A stretch of DNA of 64,000 bases from an uncultured archaeon. Its GTDB lineage: Archaea > Thermoproteota > Bathyarchaeia > Bathyarchaeales > Bathycorpusculaceae. The notes under the pieces were generated by a model. It did no database searches. It was not told the origin of the DNA and was given only the letters and a program-made list of their open reading frames with translations. The translations under genes were made by a program, and so were the position numbers. Shown one piece after another: positions 38,952-49,986 of this stretch. The stretch is from NCBI GenBank assembly GCA_963782915.1, contig CAWALK010000015.1:192001-256000 (forward strand), read 5' to 3'. Each line of letters opens with the position of its first letter. Within the stretch, counting starts at the first letter, position 1.

Positions 38952-41102
38952 TTAGATGAGGTGTAGTAGGTTGAGGAACAGCGGGATGAAGACGATGGAC
39001 AGTGTGCTCAGCAGTTTGATGAGTACGTGTAGGCTTGGACCTGCTGTGTCTTTGAGTGGGTCACCGACTGTGTCACCGACGACTGCTGCTGCATGTGCTG
39101 GGCTGCGTTTGCCGCCGAAGTGACCTGATTCGATGAATTTCTTTGCGTTGTCCCATGCACCGCCGCCTGTGTTCATGAATAGTGCTAGTGGTACCGCTGT
39201 AAGGGTGGTTCCGATGACTACTGCGCCGACTGCGATTGGACCTAAGAGGATACCGATGATGATTGGAACAACGACTACGATGACGCCTGGAACGACCATG
39301 CCTTTGAGGGCTGCTTGTGTGCTGATGTCAACTGCTTTGCCATAGTCTGGTTTGCCTGTGCCTTCCATGATGCCGGGGATTTCTTTGAATTGACGTCTGA
39401 CTTCGTTGACCATTTGTGTGGCTGCTTTGCCGACTGCGCTGATTGCTAGTGAGCTGAATAGGAAGGGAAGCATTGCGCCTATGAAGCCTGCAACGAGAAC
39501 AGCTGGCTGAGAAATGTCCACGACAAGTGTTACTCCGAGTTTAGCGTACACTTCTTCAGCGTATGTCTGGAATAGCAGTTGAGCGGCAAGCAATGCGGAT
39601 CCTAAAGCGAAACCTTTTGTTAGTGCCTTGGTGGTGTTGCCGACTGCGTCTAAGGCTTCCATGGTTTCTATGCCGGTTTTTTCGCCAGCCATCTCTGCGA
39701 TGCCTGCTGCGTTGTCAGCGATTGGGCCGAAGCCGTCGAGAGCTAAGACCATACCCATGACTGCGAGCATACCCATGGTTGCAAGTGCGGTGCCGTAGAC
39801 TCCGCCTGTGTAGGAGTTGATACCGATGCTTGTGCCAAACTGCGCGCCAAGTACGTATGATACGAGCAATGCGATGACTAAGGTGATGATTGGCAGAGCA
39901 GTTGTTTCTAAGCCGACTGCGAAGCCTGTGATGATGTTTGTTGCAGCTCCGGTTTGGCTTGCTGATGCAATTTGCCCGACTGGTTTTCTGTCACGGCCTG
40001 TGTAGTAATCTGTGATTTGGTCGATTAGTACGCTTGCAACTAAGCCTGTTAGTAGACAGCCAAAGATGTAGTACCAGTTGCTTCCGAAGAAGGCTATTGA
40101 GGCTATTGCGAACATTATTGCTGAGACGATGGTTGCTGCGTTTAGGCCTTTGCGTAGCGCCTTCATTGGGGTGTGAACTTCGTTGGCGTTGAGCTTAACA
40201 AAGGGCATTGCAATCATAGTTGCAAAGATGCCTAAAGCGCGGACAATCAGTGGGAAAATCAGGAACAATATGTTGCCTGTTGCTGCACTGACGAGTCCAC
40301 CGATGACCATGCCACCGATGTTTTCGCCGACTGCGGATTCGAAGAGGTCTGCGCCGCGTCCAGCTGAGTCTCCTACGTTGTCGCCGACGTTGTCAGCGAT
40401 GACTGCTGGGTTGCGTGGGTCATCTTCTGGGATGCCTGCTTCGACTTTGCCGACGAGGTCTGCTCCGACGTCTGCTGCTTTAGTGTAGATACCTCCGCCT
40501 AACTGAGCGAATAGTGCGACTAAGGATGCACCAAAACCCATACCTACTATGGCGCTTGCCGCGGTTACTCCGGCATTTGCAGGGGGATTTGCTCCGAATA
40601 GAACATCCCAACCGCCATAAGCTAAGAAAAGTAAACTTACTGCCAACAAAGATAAACCGACTACTGCAAAACCCATTGTTGCGCCACCATAGAAAGCGGT
40701 TTGTAGCGCAGCGTTAGGACCGTTTTTGCCAGCAGCCACAGTGCGTACGTTTGCTTTAGTAGCGTTATCCATGGCGATGTAGCCTGCAGCTAATGAGGCA
40801 ACAGAGCCAATTAGGAAAGCCACCGCCGTACCTATACCCAAAGCAACGGCGATGAGTGCAAACAGCACGACAATGATTACGCCGATTGTCTTGTATTGGC
40901 GTTTCAAAAACGCGTAAGCGCCTTCGCGGATAGCGTTTCCAACTTCAATAGCCTTCGGCGAACCGGGGCTCATTTTACCGATTTTACGCATGAGTAAGAG
41001 GGAAACTAGTATAGCAATTATGCCCGCTATAGGGGCAATCCAAAACACGTATGGATTATCCAGAGAAGTTAGCGTTTGTAGGGGTATGTACATGTTGAAC
41101 AA
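38952..41102 (-). CDS. hppA: Membrane-bound H+-translocating pyrophosphatase, K+-independent type
   Basis: GGGIYTKAADVGADLVGKVE, DNVGDNVGD, GNTTKA (Lys at the K+-dependence site), GDTVGDPLKD. Confidence 0.96.
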   Translation of the reverse strand: MFNMYIPLQTLTSLDNPYVFWIAPIAGIIAILVSLLLMRKIGKMSPGSPKAIEVGNAIREGAYAFLKRQYKTIGVIIVVLFALIAVALGIGTAVAFLIGSVASLAAGYIAMDNATKANVRTVAAGKNGPNAALQTAFYGGATMGFAVVGLSLLAVSLLFLAYGGWDVLFGANPPANAGVTAASAIVGMGFGASLVALFAQLGGGIYTKAADVGADLVGKVEAGIPEDDPRNPAVIADNVGDNVGDSAGRGADLFESAVGENIGGMVIGGLVSAATGNILFLIFPLIVRALGIFATMIAMPFVKLNANEVHTPMKALRKGLNAATIVSAIMFAIASIAFFGSNWYYIFGCLLTGLVASVLIDQITDYYTGRDRKPVGQIASASQTGAATNIITGFAVGLETTALPIITLVIALLVSYVLGAQFGTSIGINSYTGGVYGTALATMGMLAVMGMVLALDGFGPIADNAAGIAEMAGEKTGIETMEALDAVGNTTKALTKGFALGSALLAAQLLFQTYAEEVYAKLGVTLVVDISQPAVLVAGFIGAMLPFLFSSLAISAVGKAATQMVNEVRRQFKEIPGIMEGTGKPDYGKAVDISTQAALKGMVVPGVIVVVVPIIIGILLGPIAVGAVVIGTTLTAVPLALFMNTGGGAWDNAKKFIESGHFGGKRSPAHAAAVVGDTVGDPLKDTAGPSLHVLIKLLSTLSIVFIPLFLNLLHLI

Positions 41103-41267
41103 CCGATGTCCATTTTACTTATATAATTTTCCATGTAATTTGCTTAATTTATCGTTTGAACCGCATTTTAGCGATAACAGATAAATTTATGCCCAAAACA
41201 GGTTGGTTGCATTTTTAAGGAAGCCAAACATATTTCAAATAAGACTAATCAAACAAGTGAATGAATA

Positions 41268-42395
41268 ATGCCTCAAAGATTAATCGTCGTTAAAGTTGGC
41301 ACAAGCGGCATAACAACAAGCGAGGGCAAACTGGATTTGCATGAAATGGAAAACTTGGCAGCCCAAATCGCAGCCGCCTCCAAACAAGGCGACAGAATCG
41401 TCTTAGTTACTTCAGGCGCCGTCGCTGCAGGTATAGCCGAACTTGGCATTCCCCCTAAGCCCAAGGATGTGGCGTTTCAGCAGGCAGCCGCAGCCACCGG
41501 TCAAAGCGTGCTTATGGCTAAGTACCGCGAACTTTTCAAAAAATACGATTTGAAAGTTGCCCAGATACTGCTCACCGCCGAGGACCTCTCCAACCGAGCA
41601 TCCTACGTCCACACATGCGACGTACTGGCACTGCTACTAAAAATCGGCGTGGTCCCAATAATCAACGAAAACGACGTAACCTCAGTCGACGAATTAATGC
41701 GTACAGAGGGCTACAAAGTAAACTTTAGCGACAACGACATCCTCTCAGTCTTGGTTGCTGGAGCCGTCTGCGCAGACCTAGTAATCATACTCTCCGACGT
41801 AGAAGGCCTCTACACAGCAGACCCCTCACAACCAGGAGCAGAACTCATCAAAACCGTCGACGCAATCACCACCGAACTCAAAGATTCCCTTAGCGGCAAA
41901 AGCAAACTCGGCAGAGGAGGAATACAGAGCAAGATTAAAGCCGCCGAAATCGCCACTTCATGCGGCATCCCAGTCGTAATCTCCAACAGCCGACGGCCAA
42001 ACGTAATCGTTGACATCTTATCAGGCAAAGACGTAGGCACCTACTTCAAACCTCAAAGCCGCATGCCAGCCGTTGAACGCTGGATAGCTTATGGCGCAGC
42101 AGTTAAAGGCACCATCCAAATCAACGAAGGCGCAAAAAAAGCCATACTCGAAGGAGGCAGCCTCTTACCCGTCGGCGTAACCAAAGTCATCGGCATATTC
42201 GACGTCGGCGACGTTGTAAGCATTGCAGACGAAAAAGGCGCCATATTCGCAAGGGGCAACCCCAACTATAACAGCAGCCAATTAAACCTAATTAAAGGGT
42301 TACAAGTAACAGAAGTACACCAGAAACTCGGCGCAGATAAACCTAAAGAGGTTATCGAGCACCGCAACATTCACCTTATCGAGGAAAAGAAATGA
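41268..42395 (+). CDS. proB: Glutamate 5-kinase with PUA domain
   Basis: VVKVGTS, VTSGAVAAG, INEND, DND.LS, GG..SKI.AA, C-terminal PUA domain. Confidence 0.95.
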   Translation: MPQRLIVVKVGTSGITTSEGKLDLHEMENLAAQIAAASKQGDRIVLVTSGAVAAGIAELGIPPKPKDVAFQQAAAATGQSVLMAKYRELFKKYDLKVAQILLTAEDLSNRASYVHTCDVLALLLKIGVVPIINENDVTSVDELMRTEGYKVNFSDNDILSVLVAGAVCADLVIILSDVEGLYTADPSQPGAELIKTVDAITTELKDSLSGKSKLGRGGIQSKIKAAEIATSCGIPVVISNSRRPNVIVDILSGKDVGTYFKPQSRMPAVERWIAYGAAVKGTIQINEGAKKAILEGGSLLPVGVTKVIGIFDVGDVVSIADEKGAIFARGNPNYNSSQLNLIKGLQVTEVHQKLGADKPKEVIEHRNIHLIEEKK

Positions 42396-43634
42396 TCAAA
42401 GAAATATGCATTAGAGCCAAAGCGGCAGCCACCGAAATGGCTAAGCTCTCAGCAGACGCCAAAAACAGGGCGCTTGCCAAGATGGCTGATGCGTTGGAAG
42501 CTAACGCACAAGAAATAATCGCCGCGAATAAGCTTGATGTGGAAGCAGCCAAAGCTAAAGGCCTCAAAGCATCACTACTCGACCGATTAGCACTCGACCA
42601 GAAAAAAATCCAAACCATGGCAAAAGAGCTTCGAGAAGTCGCCGCATTAGCCGACCCAATCGGCACCGTATTATCCACCTGGACTCGCCCCAACGGTTTA
42701 ATCATCAGCCAAATCCGCGTCCCAATGGGCGTAGTGGGAGTAATCTACGAATCCCGCCCCAACGTCACCTCCGATTCAGCGGGTATCTGCATCAAATCAG
42801 GCAACGCCGTCATCCTAAGAGGTGGCTCAGACGCACTTGCATTCGAACGTTGCCATCGGCGAAGTACTCCGCAAAGCACTCGCAACCACAGCAGTACCAG
42901 CCGATGCAGTACAAATCGTCAATTCACCAGACCGCAAAGATGCCGAAGAACTCATGACCATGCGAGAATACATCGACGTACTGGTTCCCAGAGGCGGCGC
43001 AGACCTAATCAAAACAACCATCGAAAAATCACGTATCCCAGTCATTGAAACAGGAACAGGCAACTGCCACATCTACGTCGAGGAAGACGCAGACCTACAA
43101 AAAGCAACACCGATTGTCATTAACGCTAAGGTTCAGCGTCCTGGCGTCTGTAACGCAGCCGAGAAACTCATCGTGAACAGTAAAATCGCCAAAACCTACC
43201 TGCCCACAGTCATCGCTGAATTGCGTAAGAATGGCGTGGAAGTCAGGGGCGACGAAGCAACCCGCAAAATCGTTTCAGATGTGAAAGCCGCTACTGAGCA
43301 GGACTGGTACACCGAATACCTTGACTTAATCATCGGCGTCAAAGTCGTCGACAACTTAGACGAAGCTATAGCCCACATCAACAAGTATGGCACACACCAC
43401 AGCGACAGCATCATCACCCGCGACTTCGGCAAAGCCATGCAATTCATAAAAGAAGTCGATTCAGCCGCAGTCTACTGGAACGCTTCAACCCGCTTCACAG
43501 ACGGCAACCAATTCGGATTAGGCGCAGAAATCGGCATAAGCACCCAAAAACTGCATGCACGCGGACCCATGAGTGTCCAGCACTTAACAACGACGAAGTA
43601 CGTTGTTTTGGGCGATGGGCAAATCCGCAAATAA
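42392..43634 (+). CDS. proA: Gamma-glutamyl phosphate reductase (frameshift near 42839)
   Basis: VIYESRPNVT, GNCHIYV, RPGVCNA, NASTRFTDG.QFGLGAEIGISTQKLHARGP. Confidence 0.93.
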
Positions 43635-43660
43635 CCCTCGTTTCTATTTTATTTTTTTGC

Positions 43661-44053
43661 TCAGGCAAGGCTTTGTTTATAATCAATTACAGCTATCGCC
43701 AAAGCAAGTATTGAAATAAAAATCAAAGGTAAACCAACGAAAATGTCGTTTTCCCAAGGACTATGATAAATCACAAAAATAACCGAAGAAATAATGCCAC
43801 AAATCATCACTATAAAACCGATAATTATAGAAGAAAGCCGTTTTTTTCCAAACATTAGAATTCCGCTGATTATCGCAACGATGGCTGCTACAAGATTTAG
43901 GTACCCAACATACAAATATGGATAAAAAACATGGTAATGGGCAAGCACATCAGAGAGATACTTTCCAGAAATCAAGAATGCCGCCATAGAAGCGATTAAC
44001 ATTACTAAGCCAGCAATAACAGAAAAGTTGATACCGATTTTCTTTATGCTCAA
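43661..44053 (-). CDS. AT-rich four-TM membrane protein
   Basis: Hydrophobic ORF. Confidence 0.6.
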   Translation of the reverse strand: MSIKKIGINFSVIAGLVMLIASMAAFLISGKYLSDVLAHYHVFYPYLYVGYLNLVAAIVAIISGILMFGKKRLSSIIIGFIVMICGIISSVIFVIYHSPWENDIFVGLPLIFISILALAIAVIDYKQSLA

Positions 44054-44133
44054 GCAGATCCCAATGATGTTTAAAAAAAATCGTTGCTTTTTAATTTTAT
44101 AAAAAAATCAAGAAAAAAAGAAAATTTTTGATT

Positions 44134-45654
44134 TTAAGGTACGAACGGTGCTGTCCAAGGTAGTTGGTGGATCATTGGCTGTATCAGCTGCAAGATGACA
44201 TCTGGGAACAAGCCCAAGAGGAAGATTGCCGCGACCAGTATGAAGACTGGAATCAAGATGCGTTTGTCTTCTTTGATTTTGGTAGTAATGCCGTCTTTGG
44301 GTTGTTTGCCGTACATGACGTTGATGAGGCGGAATATGTATGCTGTCTGTAAGACGCTTGTTAGGACACCGATGACTGCTAGCCAGGTTAAGTTGACGCT
44401 GATTGCTGCGGTGAATACGAAGTATTTTGCGATGAAACCGCCCAGTGGTGGAACACCTGCAAATGACAAGCCTGCCATGATGAGTGCTAAGCTGGTCCAG
44501 GGCATTTTTTTGCCGAGTCCGTGGAAGTGGTCGAGTGTTTTGAAGCCTTTGCTGTTCATGATACCGACTGCCATGAATGCGAGTGCTGTGGTTAAGCCGC
44601 CGATTAGGAAGAAGTACAGGTTGCCTGCTAAGCCGAGTTCTGTGGCGCTGGTGATGGCGACGAGGTTGTAGCCGACGTCTGCAACGCAGATGTATGCGAC
44701 GAGGCGTTTGATGTCGTTTTGTATTAGGGCAAAGATGTTGCCGACTATCATGGTTAAGGCTGCCATGACTGCGAGCATCAGGGTCCAGTCGAATACTCCT
44801 CCGACTGAGGGTGGTAGGATGATGAAGAGTAGTATTCTGATTAGGATGTAGTAGCCGCCTTGGTCTACGAGTGCTGAGAGGAATGCTGATGAGGGTGCTG
44901 GTGCAGCGGTGTATGCGTCTGGTAGCCAAAAGTGGAATGGTACGATTGCTGCTTCAATTGCGTAGCCTGCTACGACGAATACGAAGGCAATTATGAGTAG
45001 GTTCATGTTGCCTACGCCTGCGCTTATTGCGGTTTGGAGTGCGAGGTAGTTGAGGGTGCCTGTTATGCCATAAATTATTGAGAGACCCAGCAGTACAAAC
45101 GCGGATGCGATGATGACCATGATGAGGTACTTGAGTGTGGCGTTGAGGCTAAACGCGTTTTTGCGGTACAGCATAAGGAATGCTGCGGCTGCTGTTGCGG
45201 CTTCCCAGAATATGAAGAATGTTAAGAGGTCACCTGCAAGTACTGCTCCGATGAGGGTTGCTGTGAGTAATAGCATGATTGCTATGTATCTGTCTGATGG
45301 TCGGTCGCATGAGTTAACGAAGAATACTGTGTAGACTACGACTACTGCGGCGATGGCTACTATGATTATTGCCATGTAGATTGATACTGCGTCTATGAGG
45401 AATGATGAGGCTATGGCTGCATTCGCTGTGCCGTCTAAGGTTAAGTTTAGGGTTGCTGGGTAAGTTGTGCTATAGTAGCTCAAGGCTAAGTTAGCCACAG
45501 TTAGTGAGGCAACAGCGAAAACCACCATAAACCATGCGATTGATAATCCGGTTTTGTGGTTGCTTTTGCGTATGGTTTTGAAGATGGGTATAGTTAATAG
45601 GGCTGCAATTATCAGCGTGAAGATGGGTAATATGATGTCGATTAGTGTAGTCAT
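44134..45654 (-). CDS. Antiporter-like subunit (NuoN/MrpD-like) of membrane hydrogenase
   Basis: FFIFWE, PFHFWLPDAY, GVPPLGGFIAK. Confidence 0.9.
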   Translation of the reverse strand: MTTLIDIILPIFTLIIAALLTIPIFKTIRKSNHKTGLSIAWFMVVFAVASLTVANLALSYYSTTYPATLNLTLDGTANAAIASSFLIDAVSIYMAIIIVAIAAVVVVYTVFFVNSCDRPSDRYIAIMLLLTATLIGAVLAGDLLTFFIFWEAATAAAAFLMLYRKNAFSLNATLKYLIMVIIASAFVLLGLSIIYGITGTLNYLALQTAISAGVGNMNLLIIAFVFVVAGYAIEAAIVPFHFWLPDAYTAAPAPSSAFLSALVDQGGYYILIRILLFIILPPSVGGVFDWTLMLAVMAALTMIVGNIFALIQNDIKRLVAYICVADVGYNLVAITSATELGLAGNLYFFLIGGLTTALAFMAVGIMNSKGFKTLDHFHGLGKKMPWTSLALIMAGLSFAGVPPLGGFIAKYFVFTAAISVNLTWLAVIGVLTSVLQTAYIFRLINVMYGKQPKDGITTKIKEDKRILIPVFILVAAIFLLGLFPDVILQLIQPMIHQLPWTAPFVP

Positions 45655-45655
45655 G

Positions 45656-47281
45656 TTAAACCACCGGTCCGAAGGTTACTGTTTGAATTAGCTGCATAAA
45701 GAACGTCGGGTAGATCCCGATTAGCACAACCAGCACGACAAGGACTGCTAAGGCAAATTTCATGTAGTTGGGTATGTCAACGATTTTGTGTCCGTGCTCT
45801 GCTTCTTTGGTTTCTGCTGGTGCATGACTGGCGTGTGCATCATGTGCGCCGTGGGCTGCTGGTTCGGTTCCTTGTTCGTCTTTGGATTGTCCCAAGAAAA
45901 CTTTGGAGACAAATCTTAGCGAATAAGCCAAAGAGAACACTGTTGCGATTAGCATTAGTGCTGTGGGTATCATGTAGAAGCTGTCGATGGCTATGATTTG
46001 GAAGGCTCCTACGAAGATGAAGAATTCACTGATGAAGCATGCTAGTGGCGGTGCACCTGCGATGCTCAAGGCCGCTATCATTCCTGAAACTGCGGAGAAG
46101 GGCATCTTGCCGGCTAAGCCGCCCATCTTGCGGATGTCTCTTTCTTCGGTTTGGTGCATTACTCCGCCTGCGGTTAAGAAGAAGAGGCCTTTGCTTGCTG
46201 CGTGAGTGATTATGTGGAGTACTGTGCCGACCAGTGCGATTGCTATTGGAGCGGTTAATGCGAGTGGTTGACCTGTTGCCAGCGCTGCTGGGATCAGGGA
46301 GAGGCCGAACATTATGTAGCCCATGTGGGCGATGCTTGAGTATGCGATGACGCGTTTAATGTCATTTGCAACCAGTGAAAGCAGTGAGCCAAAGAAGGCT
46401 GTGACTACACCGAAGATGGATATTACATGGAGGAAATCGGTTCCGAATGTTATGCCGACGGCTGGGAAAACCATGCCGAAGCTTAAGCGTATGATTGCGT
46501 AAGCGCCTGCGCTGATGATGACACCGCTAAGCAATGCCGACATTGGTGCTGGTGCTTCTGAGTGTGCATCAGGGAGCCACATATGAACTGGGAACACCGC
46601 CATTTTCACGGCGAAGCCAGCGGTTAAGGCGATTAGTATCCATTTGGCAATGTCCGAGTTAGCTGCCGTTGCCAAGAGGCCTTGGGCAGTAAACATGTCG
46701 GTGGTGCCGTTGGTTACCGCGTATATTGCTCCGATGCCCAGTAGTACGAAGACTGCGCCTGCGTGGGTGAATATGAAGAGTTTTAGTGCGGATTTGTAGC
46801 TGTTGCGGTAACCCCATTCTCCGACTATGAAGTATGCGGGGACAAGCATGAGTTCCCAGCAGAAGTAGAATAGGATTAGGTTGCTGGTTAGGAATACGCC
46901 GATTAAACCGACGCTAAGCATAGTTAGCAGGGCGTAGTATGCTGGGAGGTTTTTTTTGCCAGCCATATAGTTAATTGAGTATATGGATGCTACAAAGATC
47001 AGTACTAAACTGATCAGTGCTATCGAGACGCTTATGCCATCGGTGAATAGCGTGAATTGTGTGTTGATGATTGTAGGAATCCAAGTGTAGGATTCGATGT
47101 ATTGGTGTGAAGCGCTGTTTAGTATTGTTGGGATTGTACTGGCTACAAGCGCCATGTTGATTGCGGCGATTGCTGCGACAAAGAATCCCGCGGCTTTTGT
47201 CGACCTTTTACCGACTAAGTAAACAAACGGGATGCATATTGAGGTTATAGCGAATACTGATAGTAAGAGGGGTAGTGACAT
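45656..47281 (-). CDS. Antiporter-like subunit (NuoM-like)
   Basis: FYFCWELMLVP, FAVKM..FP.H.WLPDAH.EAP, YSSIAHMG. Confidence 0.92.
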   Translation of the reverse strand: MSLPLLLSVFAITSICIPFVYLVGKRSTKAAGFFVAAIAAINMALVASTIPTILNSASHQYIESYTWIPTIINTQFTLFTDGISVSIALISLVLIFVASIYSINYMAGKKNLPAYYALLTMLSVGLIGVFLTSNLILFYFCWELMLVPAYFIVGEWGYRNSYKSALKLFIFTHAGAVFVLLGIGAIYAVTNGTTDMFTAQGLLATAANSDIAKWILIALTAGFAVKMAVFPVHMWLPDAHSEAPAPMSALLSGVIISAGAYAIIRLSFGMVFPAVGITFGTDFLHVISIFGVVTAFFGSLLSLVANDIKRVIAYSSIAHMGYIMFGLSLIPAALATGQPLALTAPIAIALVGTVLHIITHAASKGLFFLTAGGVMHQTEERDIRKMGGLAGKMPFSAVSGMIAALSIAGAPPLACFISEFFIFVGAFQIIAIDSFYMIPTALMLIATVFSLAYSLRFVSKVFLGQSKDEQGTEPAAHGAHDAHASHAPAETKEAEHGHKIVDIPNYMKFALAVLVVLVVLIGIYPTFFMQLIQTVTFGPVV

Positions 47282-47285
47282 TTTT

Positions 47286-49211
47286 TTACGCTCCTATTCC
47301 GACTGTTAAGACGATTAACACTATGATCAGTATGAAGCCGACTACTGCGGCTGCTACATAGTTTCTGAAGCTATCAGAGGGTCCCTTCTTCAGGGTCGTT
47401 GCGTGGCCTGGTTCTGCTGCTTGGCTGATGTCTGTTCCTGCTTTGTCTGGGATGCGGGCGAAAGCGGCGTTTTCAAAGCGTGTGAGTCCTTCGGAGATTT
47501 TGTTTATGCCTTTTCCGATGCCGTAGTAGAGGTCATCGAAGAAGTAGGCGTGGCCCAAGAGTTTGGTCAGGGGGTTTTTGCCTGCTGCGACGTTGCGGAT
47601 TGTTTGGAAGTTTCTGTAGTAGGTCCAGTATGCGAGTATGAATGTTGGAATCAGTAGGCCCATGAATATTGGGAATTCTGCGCTGGTGAAGGCTTCGAGT
47701 AATGTAACTTCAATTTCCGCATGTAAGAAGCTGACGACTAGTGGCTGTGAAAGTCCCCAGATGATACAGAGACCGGCTAAGATTCCTGCTGGGATGAGCA
47801 TGATTTTTGGTGATTCATGAACATGGATTTTTTCGATGTGTTCTGATTTTTTGCCCATGAAGACTAAGCTGAACATGCGCACACAGTAGGCGAATGTGAT
47901 TGCTGCGGTTGCGTAGAGTAGGATTGTTTGGATTAAGCCAGCGGTGGTTCCGATTTCAGATACGCTTGTTAAGATCAAGCCTTTGCTGAAGAAGGCTGCA
48001 AACGGCGGTAAACCGCTTGTGGTAATAATCATTATACCCATTAATACGAAGGATATGGGCATGATTTTTCTTAGGCCACCCATTAAGCGCATGTCTCTTG
48101 TGCCCAATGCATGTATGATGCCTCCTGCGAGGAGGAATCCGAGGCCTTCGAAGAATGCGTGGCTGACCATGTGGAATAGGCTTGCGAACCAACCGATGGA
48201 TGCGGCTCCGGCGACTGCTGTGCCTAAAGCTGCCATCATGAAGCCGATTTGGCTGACTGTGGAGTATGCGAGTACTCCTTTGATGTCGGTGGTCATTAAG
48301 CCCAAGGTTGCGCCGATGAAGGCTGTTATTACTCCAATCCAGGCGATGGTTGGGAACCATGCGATTTGTAGTTGAGTCATAAGGACGGTGGATACTGAGA
48401 AGATTAGGATGAATCTTGAGAGTAGGTAGATACCTGCTTTGACCATTGTGGCTGCGTGGAGTAATGCGGATACTGAGGTTGGTGCTTCCATTGCGCTGTA
48501 TAGCCATGTGAAGAGTGGGAACTGTGCTGATTTGGCAACTGCGCCGCCTAGGACTAAGAAGGCTGCCAGTACCATTAAATTCATGTCGAATCCGCCTGCT
48601 TGTATTCCGGCAATCATTCCCTGGAAGCTAAAGGTGTGGAACATGTAGAACAGAATACCGATTGCTGCAAGCAAAGAGATGTCGCCGATGCGGGTCATTA
48701 TGAAAACTTTGACACCGGAATGAATCGATTCTGGCTTTTTGTACCAGAAACTAATCAATGCGTAGCTGCATAAGCCCACCATTTCCCAGAAGATGAACAT
48801 CTGCAACATGTTGTCGGCAATTACTAGGCCAATCATGGATCCGATGAAGAGCAACAAGAGATAGTAGTACCGTGTTAGGCCATCTTCACCTTTCATGTAA
48901 CCTTGCGAGTAAACGGCGATAATTACGCCGAAGAATGCTACTAAGCAAGTGAAAAGTACGCTAAGGGGATCTATGTAGATGCCTGCTTCAACTAAACCGT
49001 TAATCCAGGGGACAGTAAAGGTTAAGACTTCACCGTTACCAGACCAAACACCAGGGACAAGAGAAAGCGCTAAAACCGCAACTACACCCATAATTGCAAT
49101 AACAAAATAGTTTCGGGCTTTTTCACTGTACTTGCCGATTACTGGAACGAATAAACTTGCGATAAGTGGGATGATCCAGACGAACCATGCTGAGAATTGT
49201 TCAAGTATCAT
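47286..49211 (-). CDS. Antiporter-like subunit (NuoL-like)
   Basis: FWEMVGLCSY.LI.FW, AKSAQFPL, AMEAPT.VSALLHAATMVKAG, long C-terminal helix. Confidence 0.92.
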   Translation of the reverse strand: MILEQFSAWFVWIIPLIASLFVPVIGKYSEKARNYFVIAIMGVVAVLALSLVPGVWSGNGEVLTFTVPWINGLVEAGIYIDPLSVLFTCLVAFFGVIIAVYSQGYMKGEDGLTRYYYLLLLFIGSMIGLVIADNMLQMFIFWEMVGLCSYALISFWYKKPESIHSGVKVFIMTRIGDISLLAAIGILFYMFHTFSFQGMIAGIQAGGFDMNLMVLAAFLVLGGAVAKSAQFPLFTWLYSAMEAPTSVSALLHAATMVKAGIYLLSRFILIFSVSTVLMTQLQIAWFPTIAWIGVITAFIGATLGLMTTDIKGVLAYSTVSQIGFMMAALGTAVAGAASIGWFASLFHMVSHAFFEGLGFLLAGGIIHALGTRDMRLMGGLRKIMPISFVLMGIMIITTSGLPPFAAFFSKGLILTSVSEIGTTAGLIQTILLYATAAITFAYCVRMFSLVFMGKKSEHIEKIHVHESPKIMLIPAGILAGLCIIWGLSQPLVVSFLHAEIEVTLLEAFTSAEFPIFMGLLIPTFILAYWTYYRNFQTIRNVAAGKNPLTKLLGHAYFFDDLYYGIGKGINKISEGLTRFENAAFARIPDKAGTDISQAAEPGHATTLKKGPSDSFRNYVAAAVVGFILIIVLIVLTVGIGA

Positions 49212-49531
49212 TATGCTTCAACCTCGACTTCTTCAACTTCGGCTTTTTCTTGCATTTTCGCAACTATCTTTGAGAGGTCGCTTGTGCCATATCGTTTGGA
49301 GACAATGACAAGCAACGCTAAGATTACTGCGCTAACAGCTGTATCCACTGAGAACGCTAAAATCAGCAGTGCTTCGCCCATGGCTTGGGGTGAAGCGAGC
49401 ATGATGAAGTTGAGTGTGGCTGCCGTAGCGATTAATTCTATTGAGATGAAAACTTTGAGCAATTGGCGGTTAGTTAGTAATCCGTAGATGCCAATGGATA
49501 ACATTACAATAGATAATATGACAAAGTCCAT
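49211..49531 (-). CDS. NuoK-like subunit
   Basis: IGIYGLL..R......SIEL; three TM helices. Confidence 0.85.
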   Translation of the reverse strand: MDFVILSIVMLSIGIYGLLTNRQLLKVFISIELIATAATLNFIMLASPQAMGEALLILAFSVDTAVSAVILALLVIVSKRYGTSDLSKIVAKMQEKAEVEEVEVEA

Positions 49532-49986
49532 TACTTTTTCCTCCTTTCAAAGAGGACAATGGCGATTCCTAACGCCACCGTCAAAATAACTATGGCCTGA
49601 AGCAAAACATCGAGGCCACGCAGATTCCAAAGGGCATCGCCGAATTGAACGTCTGCAGCAACAGGGTTTGATCCTGAGACTGACAGGAAAATTGCAGGTA
49701 AAGATAACAGCACACCTGCACCGACTAAGCCGCCGGTGCGTGCTGGAGAAGCTTTGCGGGTTGATTTTTCACCCAACATTTCGCCTGATAGGAACAAAAT
49801 TGCTAAAGTGCCTATGCTGACGGCGAATTGGAAGATACCTGCAAATGTTGCGCCAGTTAAAATGTAAATTATGGCTGTGAATGAGAAGGTTACCGCTAAT
49901 GCGGCAACGGAATAAACTACTTCATCTAGAAAGAGGGCAAGGACAGCTGAAACAATTAAACCAACTGCTAAGATTTCAATTATCAT
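49531..49986 (-). CDS. NuoJ-like subunit
   Basis: Five TM helices, G..LW..R..D; position in operon. Confidence 0.8.
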   Translation of the reverse strand: MIIEILAVGLIVSAVLALFLDEVVYSVAALAVTFSFTAIIYILTGATFAGIFQFAVSIGTLAILFLSGEMLGEKSTRKASPARTGGLVGAGVLLSLPAIFLSVSGSNPVAADVQFGDALWNLRGLDVLLQAIVILTVALGIAIVLFERRKK

